Shown one piece after another: positions 12,595 through 22,949 of a stretch of DNA of 64,000 bases (positions are counted from its first letter, which is position 1; each line of letters starts with the position of its first letter). The notes beneath the pieces are model-generated. The model saw only the letters and a program-made list of their open reading frames with translations, searched no databases and had not been told where the DNA came from. The position numbers and the translations under genes were made by a program. This DNA comes from Selaginella moellendorffii (Eukaryota; Plantae; Lycopodiophyta), in contig NW_003314335.1 in the NCBI RefSeq assembly GCF_000143415.4, positions 179,982-243,981 of the forward strand, in the 5' to 3' direction.

Positions 12595-13625
12595 CAGCCG
12601 CGGCTGCCTCGTCGTAAGGGACAAACCCCTGGAGCTCCGGACCATTGAGACGGGGATTGTTATCAAAGCTGCGCAAGGAAGAGACAAACAAAATTCTATG
12701 AGCTACTTTCAAAGAAAAACAAAACTCTTCTTGTACCTCTTTGGTGAGAACTGAGCGAATGATCCGGAGGTCGGGATTGTGCCACACAAATCGTTGTCAG
12801 AGAGATCCCTGTAGAGATTAAGAAAGAGAGGTTGCTCCAAAACTGCAAACATCGGAGCTTTTCCGACCGACTTACACTATTTTCAGGCTCGAGATTGACG
12901 ACAGTTCCCTTGGGATTTGTCCCGAAAGTCGATTCTTGTTGAGACGCCTGTAAGCATCAGGCATTAGTTTAAAGAAACACAAAGGAGAAAGTCAGGCTGC
13001 GTACAGGAAAGCAAGAGACTTGAGTTTTCCAAGTGACCGAGGAATCGGGCCAGTCAAGTTGTTCATGTACAAGTCCAAGCTCACGAGCTTCTTCAAGTTG
13101 CCGAGCTCCTGGGGGATGTGCCCAGCAATATTGTTCTTGTAGAGCTCCCTGGAAATCAAAGAATTCATGCTCAAAAGCACTGAAGCTACAAGAAACTTAC
13201 AGATGACGAAGGTTTTCCAGCTTTCCCAGCTCTGGGATCAGCACTCCGGAAAGCTTAGCGTTCCCAAGATCCCTGGAAACAAAGGGGCATGATCAGTGAG
13301 CACTCGTATTCTCAGGGGAAAGGAAAAAAAAAAAAACACAAACAAAACGAACGGATCATTCTAGTTCTTACACTCTTATCACTCGATTCTGGTTGTCACA
13401 AGTGATATGAAACCAAGTACACGGATCCACCAGCGTTGGATCCCAGCTCTGGAGCACATTCTCTGGATCGACCAAGCTCCTCCTCAGGGAATGGAGAATA
13501 TCGCCTAGAAAAAGAAAACATGACAAGCTCAAAAAAGCTGTGCTCCTACCTTCGACATTTCCAGCCGCGATCCACAGCTCCAGCGCCAGGATCACTGCCG
13601 CGAGCGCTCCTACCGCCGACGCCAT
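12569..13625 (-). CDS. Secreted LRR-only protein (SERK-ectodomain-like LRR1/LRP type)
   Basis: Signal peptide, [23 protein letters not shown] exons, [31 protein letters not shown]. No TM or kinase domain. Confidence 0.92.
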
Positions 13626-14071
13626 AGCAGTGCGTGCCCTAGGCAAGAGATCCCTGGGCGCGCATGGGAGAGATTAGACCTATCAAGCCAAAAAAGATTT
13701 GGGGGCGCTCTTGTCCGTGTGAGGGGAGCGTTTTCCAAGCACGATGATCCCTCCTGGTACGCCTGGGGGTCAGGCCAATGATGTAATGACACGTGTCTAG
13801 TCGCCTGTCAGAGCTGACGTCACAGCACTTACTTAAACGGACGGTGATGATTGTTTTTAGGTTATTCAACATTAATCAAGATTCTGTTGACTTTCATTGA
13901 CTAAAGGTTTCTAACATTTGCTCATACTTAACACACTGGAGCCACGGGCGTTTGTTTTCCTGGTGTTTGTGTTCTTCGTCACTGCCGCTAATCACCTTTC
14001 GCCTGAGCTAATTCCAGCATTGATCACCGTCTTCAACGCACCCTAACACCTTTTGATCGATTAAAGTATGA

Positions 14072-15020
14072 TCATCCTGCACCTTTCTTCGAGGAAATCT
14101 TTGTTGCGTCGCTCAGAAGTGCTAGAGAACACTTCACCAAAGGTTTCACCATTTTCTCATCACCCATCGCATTCATGTGGCAAACCTGGAGTGTACATGA
14201 CAAGAGCTCTGAGAAGACCTGTGTCAAGCCGAGCAGCCCAGCTGCTTTCTTCATGCTCGGCGCCGTTTTCTCAAAATTCTGGAAGCCCTTCACTTTCTGC
14301 TCAGGGAGCTTCTCATCCAGAGCGCAAGAGCTATCAATTTCCCAGTGAAAGATCTCCTCGAGGCTAGCATCTTTGATATCCCAGTGAAAGATCTCCTCGA
14401 GGCTAGCATCTTTGATAAAGCTCTTCCTTGCGAAGGTGATTGTAGCACCGCAAACTCTGCCAGAAACATCGGAGCTTTGCCATCATTTCCTTTGTTTCAC
14501 TGGGTGATGTTTTAAAGTTGTAAGTCAACCCATATCGTCCATACTGCGGCTGCTCACGCGCTTCTGTTTGTTTTGTTCATGAATCCTCGTACATTCTCAG
14601 CTTCTTCTCCCAAAACTCTTCGATGCGAGGAAGCTGTTCTGTCCCCAACTTCTCACCAAGTTGCTGGCGGAAAACCCAGAAACCTCGGATGCCATGCTCA
14701 CAGTCTTCCATGTCTCCTCCTCACGACTACTCTCGACAAAAAAAGCCCAGCAAATGTATTAAGAACTTGTGGCTCTAGCAAACTTGATCCTCGCCCAGCA
14801 GCTTCTCTGCGAAAATCACAGCCCTCTTAGATGCTCGGCAAAGCTTAGAACATCAGGCTTCTTATCTTTCTCTCCCAACAGCCCCGGCTCAATAGCATTC
14901 GTCCCATCCATACTTCTTTACCGTAATCTGTGCTGTTTCCACGAGATCCAGTTCCGCGTCTTGAAAGTCGTGCTCGAGACAAAACTCGTCAAAAGATTCT
15001 GTCTAATTGCGTGGTGGTGG
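14072..15020 (-). pseudogene. Possible degraded coding sequence of unknown family
   Basis: Coding-like composition. One minus frame is open for ~137 codons (14483-14072) through an in-frame duplication. No coherent start or family motif. Confidence 0.3.
14340..14417. repeat. Perfect 39 bp tandem duplication
   Basis: TCCCAGTGAAAGATCTCCTCGAGGCTAGCATCTTTGATA occurs twice in tandem. Confidence 0.95.
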
Positions 15021-15171
15021 TTTCAAGGTGGTTTGCTTTGATGGACGCAGCTCATGCTTGAAGCTTATAAACCTTAACAAATGTGAAAAATTAACCACTT
15101 ACGCAAATAAAAAACATTGAAAAAAAATTGCCGCGATTTACAGAGAATCTGAAACAAGAAATTTGTTTCCC

Positions 15172-16235
15172 TTAGTACTGTGGCCGCCGGCGCAACCTCA
15201 AAGGTGGAACTTGTGGCAATGCATGGTTTCTAATGGGGGGAACTTGTTCTTCCCAGCCCTTCTTAGAGCCTTGGCTTCCTCTTCCTGCAGGGAAGAGAAT
15301 TCACTTTAAGTTTTGGAGAAAAACTGAAAAGCTTTGGTACTTACCGAAGTACTTGTACTGATCATACTTTATCGGATGGGGTTTTCCTCGGGAGCTCCTC
15401 AAGTAATCTAGATGACGAACTGGAGCAGTCTTCGGACGAGACAAACGATCAAATGCGTCTTGCCTACACAAAGATTTTCGATAAAAGAAGTGCGAGTAAT
15501 GAATAACAAGCTTACTTGAGCAATAGATTTCTTGATGGCCCTTTGTGCTTGGCAGACTTGATAGTTACTCTGTTCTTGGAATCCTTGTTGGTGGCTTCCG
15601 TGGCGTTGACCTGTTGCTGCTGTGTCGATGTTTCATTTAGTAGATCCGACAGCCTCGGAGATGGAGTGGAGGCAGCTTTTCTAGAATTTTGCTGGTGCTC
15701 TTGTTCTTCGCAAGACACGTCCGATCGATGCGAAGGAGGCCCATCATCTGTCCAGGGAAGAAAACAGTAACAGATAATGGTCTATCATCAATGAAAAGAA
15801 AAATTTTCGTTAACCATGATTTGGTTCGCTTGTGATGATGAATGATAGAAATCAAAGTGCCAAACCAGTAGCTGAGTTGTGAGCTCGAAGCTGATCCAAC
15901 TGCGCCTTGCACTCCATGAGCTCTTTCAAGAGCATATCATATTTCTTCTCGCATTCTGCGTGTACTGTCGAAGGCCGCTTGACGAAATCCTTGGAGAAAA
16001 AAACCAAACCACCGCTGATTTCCAAGCTAGAAAATTCTCGTTTCACTTACCGGCTTGTAGAAGCTATAGAATTTCCCATAATCCATGTTCGTCGTCGCCC
16101 ATGGCTCGAAATTGGCCTCTCCAGGCTCAGCATCGTAGCCCACTAGACGAAATCCACGCCAAGGATAAGCGCTGGCGAAGATAGGAAGATTTTAGCTGCT
16201 TACTCTCTCGGATCGGAGCGCCAAGCTCACGCCAT
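15172..16235 (-). CDS. Orphan six-exon protein (~235 aa) with a short coiled coil and basic C-terminus
   Basis: Six exons join in phase through GT-AG introns: MA|AYPWRGFRLVGYD..WATTNMDYGKFYSFYKP|DFVK..ELMECKAQLDQL..|..|QDAFDRLSRPKTAP..|..LRLRRRPQY*. Confidence 0.7.
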
Positions 16236-16363
16236 CTCAGCCCCGATGAACCCTAGCCCTGGGCTCCTAGCCCTAGAGCCGTTAAGATGCTTTTCAAAAT
16301 TGTCGATCTGAGCCGTCGGATCGGAAAGTGAATCGGACGGCTTTAAATTTATATGAGAAGAAC

Positions 16364-18430
16364 TCTATTTATCAATTTTTTTAATTACTAGTTCTTAGAG
16401 GTACACCACAAAAGAAGTTCACCAATTCCAAAGTATTAATCAAGGAAGTATTTTCATTGTTTGTCCCAGCAATCTCTTTCATAATGCCACTAACTATTAG
16501 CTAGCCCAAAGTCTATCTCAAGTAATTTGATAATTTAGCTCTTATAAAAGGTGTGAAAAATTTACCATAAACATTATATGAAAAACATCCATGCAACCAA
16601 AATCTATAACTTGGAATAAAGAATGGTTAAGAATCTTTTAAACCATCAAAAAAACACTTGAAGCCCATTCACAATAAACAAAAGTGTTATGTTTATCTAC
16701 CATGACCATTTCATAGATGCCCAAGCTCTTTTCCATAAGCAAATTAAGTTTCTTCAATTTATATTAGGGACATTTAGAGTATATTATTTTCAATCCAAGT
16801 GTTACACACAATTTTTTGAGTTTTAAAGTGGTAATTTCTGTCTTTGAACTTTTGCCACAGGATGTAGAAAAACCACCACAATAGACATTTGCGCTATATC
16901 CACCTTCTACCAATAAATCAATTATTGTCTTTTTTTCATTGGTCCAAATAAAGTTTTTTAGCCTTATTGCCATCTCCATTCTTTAAGTACTAATGCAATA
17001 ACAATCATTTCTTCCCTGAATATGGAGCATTGGCTAGCTAACCATAATGTTAACTTCCTTGTTGACCATTTTCCTGACCATCATTGATCTAGTTAACTTA
17101 TAGTTTTGGCAAAAACATTTAAATCTTAATGATAACATTAATTAATGTTGTTAGAAAATCCTTCTTAACTTTTGTTCCATATCCATTGAGCTCAAACTTT
17201 TGATAAAATATTACACCTTTAGTAGCTCATTATAAATGCTTATGAAACTAAGGCAAAAATCACAAAACTTATAAGCATATGCAAATCCCTATATAATCTC
17301 TAGTAACTAGTTCACAATATCAACCTCTTCAAATTTTTTGCAAATGAACATTCATGAAATCACTCCAAAAAGTTAGTTTTGATATCATTATTTTAATTTT
17401 CTCATTTCGATTTCTCTAGATAAGGATCATATTTATGCAGACCTGTGCATCCTTGCTCATGTGAATTTTGTGGCAAAACAGAAGCAACAGAAGGAGTTTG
17501 TTCTAGAGTTTATGGACATGGAAATCAAGACAAAGAGATTTTGATCCCAGCCTTTTTCCAAGCCTAGATTTTTTAGGTGCTGTTGCTGGATTGCAAATTC
17601 CCATTTTTAGAAGACCATAAAATTAATAATAATTTTAGAGTATGGATAAAAGAACTATTTGGCCCTGAATAGAAGCTTACATATGCTATTAACACATATT
17701 CAATCACACACTTGCTATTTAAAAGGAAATTCTAGGTTATAGAGGAAACAAAAAATCACACTCAATACATTTGATCATTTAGGTCCCACTTGGGTCTATC
17801 ATCAGATACCATAGACTCACTAGGAGACTTTACTCCACCTTTAACTGGACAAATTTTCCTTGGGCAAAGAGCATATGGTGGTGCTACACCTTTAGAATTA
17901 AACGATATGTTGATGATGGGCAGCAGACCATTGACAGAACATATCTCTTCAATAGATGGTTTAGACTCCAAATTCATTTATGCACCAGGCTGATAAAGTG
18001 CACAATCCATGGCATGATTTGGTGAATTTGGGCACCAAAACAAGTATTTCTCACCTACCTTAGAAGGATCTAGTTCCACATTGTGGTACTTCTCACCAGC
18101 CATTAGAAGTATTATCCATTTGTCAAGAGAGTTTTGATGTTCCTAATCTTTGGAAGAAGTAAATCCCTTAGGATTAGAAGGAGAAAAAGGAGGAGGCCAA
18201 CCTGATTTATACACTACTAGATAAGGCATACATAAAGTCTAAATTAAATAAAATTTTCAAATCCATGGATCCATAAAAATAAGACAAGTAGGCTATAATT
18301 AGCTTGGACCTAATTATTATTAAATATTATTATTATTTCTGGATGATGTTTGGCTAAATTCTAAAAACACATAGTAGAGGTTTATAAAAAGACCTAATCA
18401 AACTAAAACGAATATACTCTAAATATCTAC
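16364..18430. mobile_element. AT-rich, CG-depleted island; decayed transposon remnant (possibly MULE/SWIM-type on the minus strand)
   Basis: Sharp composition shift, near absence of CG, stop-riddled frames. The family assignment is weak (YEMVMVD..VYCEWA is SWIM-like). Confidence 0.5.
17441..17610. pseudogene. Inverted, deleted relic of peptide A plus ankyrin exon 2
   Basis: 17505-17610 (+) reads RVYGHGNQD..RDFDPSLFPSLDFL..GAVAGLQIPIF. 17441-17500 is the reverse complement of ~22224-22281. Confidence 0.8.
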
Positions 18431-20272
18431 TGATGTGGCTGCCAGATTCCCTCAACTGAATGAAAAAACCCTTACATTGCACTATCACCATATTCTATTG
18501 GAACAAATAGATCAAATAGCATTAAATAGATTTGACAAGACAAAAACATTTAGTTTGGTTCAATCAGTTTTTGTGTTTGCTCAATGGCTTTTATGCATAG
18601 GCACAATAAACAGACACAAACCAGTAGGGCTCTTTTTAAATGGAGCAAACAAATGCACATTGCTCATGTTGGCAAGAGAAGGCTCTTATCTGTTCAGAGC
18701 TTTGTGCTTATGTCCTGTGGGCATGAGCAACTGCTTTATCCCATCAACTGCTAGTTGGCAGTCAGCACAATTTCTTCTGGACAGCATTGGCTGCGAACTC
18801 ATGAAAGGGATGGAGCAAATGGAAGCTACATATAGGTGGAAACTACTCACTAGAGCTGGAGCAAGCCATGCCCTAGAGCCCTAAGGCTGCAATTCTGGAG
18901 AAACCTGTTCTTACATACTTATGCTTGGAGAGGTTACAGTGAAGCTGTTCACCACTTTTGTGCCCACCATTGTTTTCATGGCAATTCAGTTCGGTTTTTG
19001 TTCAGGGAATCATAGCAAAGAAGTTTGTGATGCACAAATGGCGAGTATTCACACAGAAGGGTGAGATTACCCAGACAATGCAGAGGACGAGCTCTAAATT
19101 AAAAGAACAACACCGTGGTGACGTTTGCAACAACATAAAATGGCTGGTAAGGTTTTCTTTTTGTTTTCTTTTTTATGTATATCACTGGGTTTTAAGAGAA
19201 AGGTGCTTGCAAATCTGATACTAGACAGTGTTCGTGCACAAACCTTTGGGTTCAATGGCGACCCTTGGCAACAATGACTATGTCAGCAAATCTTAGAAAT
19301 GTTGGACTGGGCGATGGTCACCGCTCCACTAGACTTCGCGTGAAGCTGCACTAGCTCTTTGCCGCCGCTCCCCTCTCCTGGAGCAGACACGACAACGAAG
19401 CTCATGAGGTTGGCTTGTGGTTTCTCCTCTTCATCCAGGTGAGCGTCGTCTACAATAGTGAACACCGGAGCCAGCACACTATCTCCTCTACGAATGGGCT
19501 CATCTTGTGAGCACTTATGTGACCACGAAAGATCACTCATCGCTTTCCACCTCTTATGATAGTTGTCCGTGGAGACCCAAAACTGACTGTCCGCAATGCC
19601 TCTCCTTATCACGATCTAACATATACCAAAATCACCTCAGAGTGCTCAGAAACCTTGCACCCCTGCTCTCTCCTCGGCCGCTGCCGCTTCATCTCATAAC
19701 CAAATTAGGACTCTTAAGGTAGTAGCTGGCATAGAATATCTCTTCAGCAAAGGTCTAAACATTTTCATACTTCATTGTGAGATGTCCTTTGTGTTCTTGT
19801 TCTTGACAATTCTACTCCAACGCTTTTTGCAGCTTGTATGATCAATAGAAAAGAATTAGTGGGATAAAAAATAGGAGATCTCTATATCAAACCTACATCT
19901 CTTCATTGGTAGTGATTGCAAGGAATCTTCATCTGAACGGCAAATGCAGCCTGAGAACTGTAACCCAAGGTCACGGCTTGATCCGCCCCAGTCATCATCA
20001 GGGTCCCCTTATATTGTGATTACAACCTCTACCTAAAACATGTCTACCTCCACTACAAATTGTCTCCGCTCGTGCATATTGCGTGCGCTCTGGTTTTTCC
20101 AAGTCCTTGCGCTCTTGTCTACGACCACCAAGGCAAGGAGCTATTTGCGCTCGAGTCACCAATATCGATCGTCGTGGGAGCGTTCGTTCCTCGCCTACCA
20201 GGCTTCAGGCTCGTCTTGTCGCAGCTGTGCGGTCGAGGATGGGAGATCGGGGTTTTGACCCTCGGCAAGAGA

Positions 20273-21087
20273 ATGGCACGACTCGTGCAAGCCATTACGG
20301 AGTCAGACTTGGAAACTGCGTACGCAGCCATAGATCTCGTAGACAGCTTGAACATGCTGGTCCCAGGCGAGAACAGAGAGGCCCCGCTACTTGCAGCAGT
20401 GAAGCGGCACCATCGACTGGGTGCCTCTGCTGCTGGTGATGGATTTGTCCAGTATCTTTTGGAAAACGGGGCAGACCCAGACTTTCCATTGCCGGATGAG
20501 ATTTTGCACTGGTCAGGTAACATGTCTTTCTTGTCACAACCTTTACATTGTCACTCGTATGGTTGGTTCTCTTTCCAGGCGTACCCACCTTGCCGTCCCT
20601 GTATGCCAGCGGCCATCAAATGGATGACTTGGTCACGCTCTTCAAGCCCATAGCGCAGCCTGTCGAGGCTCTCACCAGCAAGCACTTGTGCAACGCTCGC
20701 GATCCCGAGCATCTGGAGCTCTTGCTCTTGCTCCCGCATATGGATCCCAACCGGACCTCGCCGGAGGGCTGGCTCCCTCTCATCGCTCCGCTGAATCGAA
20801 TAGAATTGGAGAATGTCAAACTGCTGATAGCCGCTGGGGCCGATCCAACGCTGCCGACTTATGATGGCTTTTGCCCGCTCGCCAGAGCGGCATTCTCGAA
20901 TGAGGACGAAGAGATCTTGCGAATTATGGCTAAGGTGGCCAGCAATATCAACGTGAAACCAGGGGAGTATACGGTTCTCCGCAGTGCTGCAGAGGCTGGA
21001 GTGTGTCGAGTTTTACTTGAGTGCGGGGCGTCGATGGACGATGACGATGGATTACCCGACTTGAGGTCTGCTTGCAATCCATGGTAA
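20273..21087 (+). CDS. Divergent ankyrin-repeat protein
   Basis: APLLAAV, VQYLLENGADPD, VKLLIAAGADPT, VCRVLLECGAS. One phase-1 intron at ~20517-20578. Confidence 0.75.
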
Positions 21088-21144
21088 TCTAAGTTCTTGC
21101 TTATTCAATTTTGTTCTATGCACTTGAAGTGTAAGCAGAACAAG

Positions 21145-21450
21145 TTAAAGAAGAACAACTGCTAGAACGGTAGCTACTGCCCCAAAAATGGGCACTTGCA
21201 ATCCAACAGCTGCGCCCTCTTGCAAGAAATCTGGGCTTGGAAACGGGCTGGGATCAAAATCCCTCCTCGCTCTTCTTCCGGGAACTACGGCTTGATCATC
21301 CTCGTCTTCATTTCCACGCCCACGAACTCTGCCTCGTAACGAGCTCTCCAGCATCAATGCCGGATCGAATGTATCCTCTCCTTGGATTGAGACCGCCAGC
21401 AGCAAAACCAGGAGGAAGATCGACGCCACCAAATTCGCACAAATCGCCAT
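21145..21450 (-). CDS. Peptide A1: small secreted, putatively GPI-anchored precursor (AG-peptide-like), 101 aa
   Basis: Signal peptide (LVASIFLLVLLLAVSIQG), acidic/basic prodomain, RRARR, DFDPSPFPSPDFLQE, then GAA spacer and hydrophobic C-tail. TATA box ~60 bp upstream. ORF is intact in a second copy. Confidence 0.8.
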   Translation of the reverse strand: MAICANLVASIFLLVLLLAVSIQGEDTFDPALMLESSLRGRVRGRGNEDEDDQAVVPGRRARRDFDPSPFPSPDFLQEGAAVGLQVPIFGAVATVLAVVLL

Positions 21451-21770
21451 TCCTTTCCTTCTTTTTGCGATCGAAGCAATGCTATTGCTATCTAATTGAT
21501 CCAACGCTTTTTATATATCGCGAGGGGAGATTTTGACCCTGTCAAGAAAGGAAAGTTCCTTGGGAGCGCATTTGACCGTGTGTACGCGAAATCTAATCTC
21601 ACACACCACCTCACTTTCTTGACTAGATGAGTCCACGCGACGATATTCTTTTCGTGTCTCCCGGCAGAGTTTTCTACTCATTCTTCGAAAGTGGCCTTGG
21701 ATTTGGACGCGACAAAGGATCGCTATATAGGTCGAAAGAAGGGTATTTTCATCCCAAAAGATCACTGGCA
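21451..21770. promoter_or_regulatory. Bidirectional promoter with two outward TATA boxes and a W-box cluster
   Basis: TATA-like elements at ~21508-21518 (-) and 21724-21729 (+). TTGACC at 21533 and 21572, TTGACT at 21619, inverted TTGAC core at 21541. Confidence 0.6.
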
Positions 21771-22001
21771 ATGAAGCCTTCGATCCTTGTTTTGGCATTG
21801 GTTTTGATCTTGGTAGCTCTCGAGGCATGGACAATTCGAGCGGAGCAACAAGCCCACACTCCAGAATCCAATCCAGTCCAATTGCAGCGCCGATCTAGAC
21901 CACGAGCTAGAGGCGCGGGCACTAGCGGCAGCGCTGGATTGGAGGTGTCGGCGCTTGGGATAATTGGAATTGTCACTGCCGCCATAGCCGCGATTGCGTA
22001 A
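21771..22001 (+). CDS. Peptide B: small secreted, putatively GPI-anchored basic peptide, 76 aa
   Basis: MKPSILVLALVLILVALEAWTIRA signal, QRRSRPRARG, SGSAG omega-like region and hydrophobic tail LEVSALGIIGIVTAAIAAIA. Confidence 0.75.
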   Translation: MKPSILVLALVLILVALEAWTIRAEQQAHTPESNPVQLQRRSRPRARGAGTSGSAGLEVSALGIIGIVTAAIAAIA

Positions 22002-22063
22002 AGATTCTTTGTATATTCTTTGGCAATGTAAAGCACTCTTTTCTCTTTTCCTTGGAAGCCCTG

Positions 22064-22842
22064 ATGGGTCGTGTGTTACCAGCGAGTGAAGAGCCGCCGC
22101 CAGCACAGGAGTGTGAGTTTGATGTAGATGATCTTCTCCAGGTAAAAGTCTCCGGGGTTCTTGGAATGGGTGTCTCCAGATTTTCAATCTCTAGGCTGCA
22201 AGGTATGGAGAACTCGAGGAAGTCAAGCTCGTTGCTCCTCTTTTGCCGCAGAATTCACATAACGAGCAGGGATGCACAGGTAGAAGATTTCTCGCTTTGA
22301 TTTTTTCTCGCGTATGATCTTACTACTCTAAAGCATTGCATATGGCTTCTGCCAATGGTCACTTGAGCATTGTCAAGTATCTCGTCGAACGAGGAGAAGT
22401 AAGTCGCGTAGCGAAGGAGATCTTAGAAAATGTTTTTGATCGCTCGTGTTCACAGAATGTTAATGCTTGCAATGCCGAGAACAATACCCCTCTTCATTGG
22501 GCTGCTCTAAATGGCCAAGTTCAGGCATGTTTTTCTTCTTGCTATTCTTTCGTGATTCGCAAAGTGTTCTTCATTTGGATTTCTTGTTTTTTTTTCCCAG
22601 GTTGTGGAGGAGCTTATTGCTTCGGGAGCTAGCGCCTCAGCTTTGAACCGGTCTGATCATGAACTTTAGGCTCGAAAGTGTATCGGGTTTCAATTGCTCT
22701 TGCTTTTCCATTTTCCAGTTACGATCGGACGCCGGTAGACGAGGCCCTGTCTCGGGGAAAACAAGAAGTCGTGAACGCCATAGCAATTCTCACAGCCGCG
22801 GCATCCCTGGACGACACAAGTATACAAGAAGAGATTAACTAG
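22064..22842 (+). CDS. Small ankyrin-repeat protein (YAR1-like)
   Basis: VDDLLQAARYGELEEV, TALHMASANGHLSIVKYL, NTPLHWAALNGQVQVVEELI, RTPVDEA. Six exons, with one GC donor at 22525. Confidence 0.88.
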
Positions 22843-22949
22843 TAATTTAGTTGAAGAAGCTGGTTAGCCTCCTCACAGCCTGGGGCTTGAGGCCATGGTG
22901 GATATTAGATAAGCTCGCGTCTATTTCCTAACAATCGATCGCGCCATAG

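Noticed and set aside
18435-19722. Several 70-150 aa ORFs
   Set aside because: No recognisable domain or consistent exon chain; probably decayed fragments.
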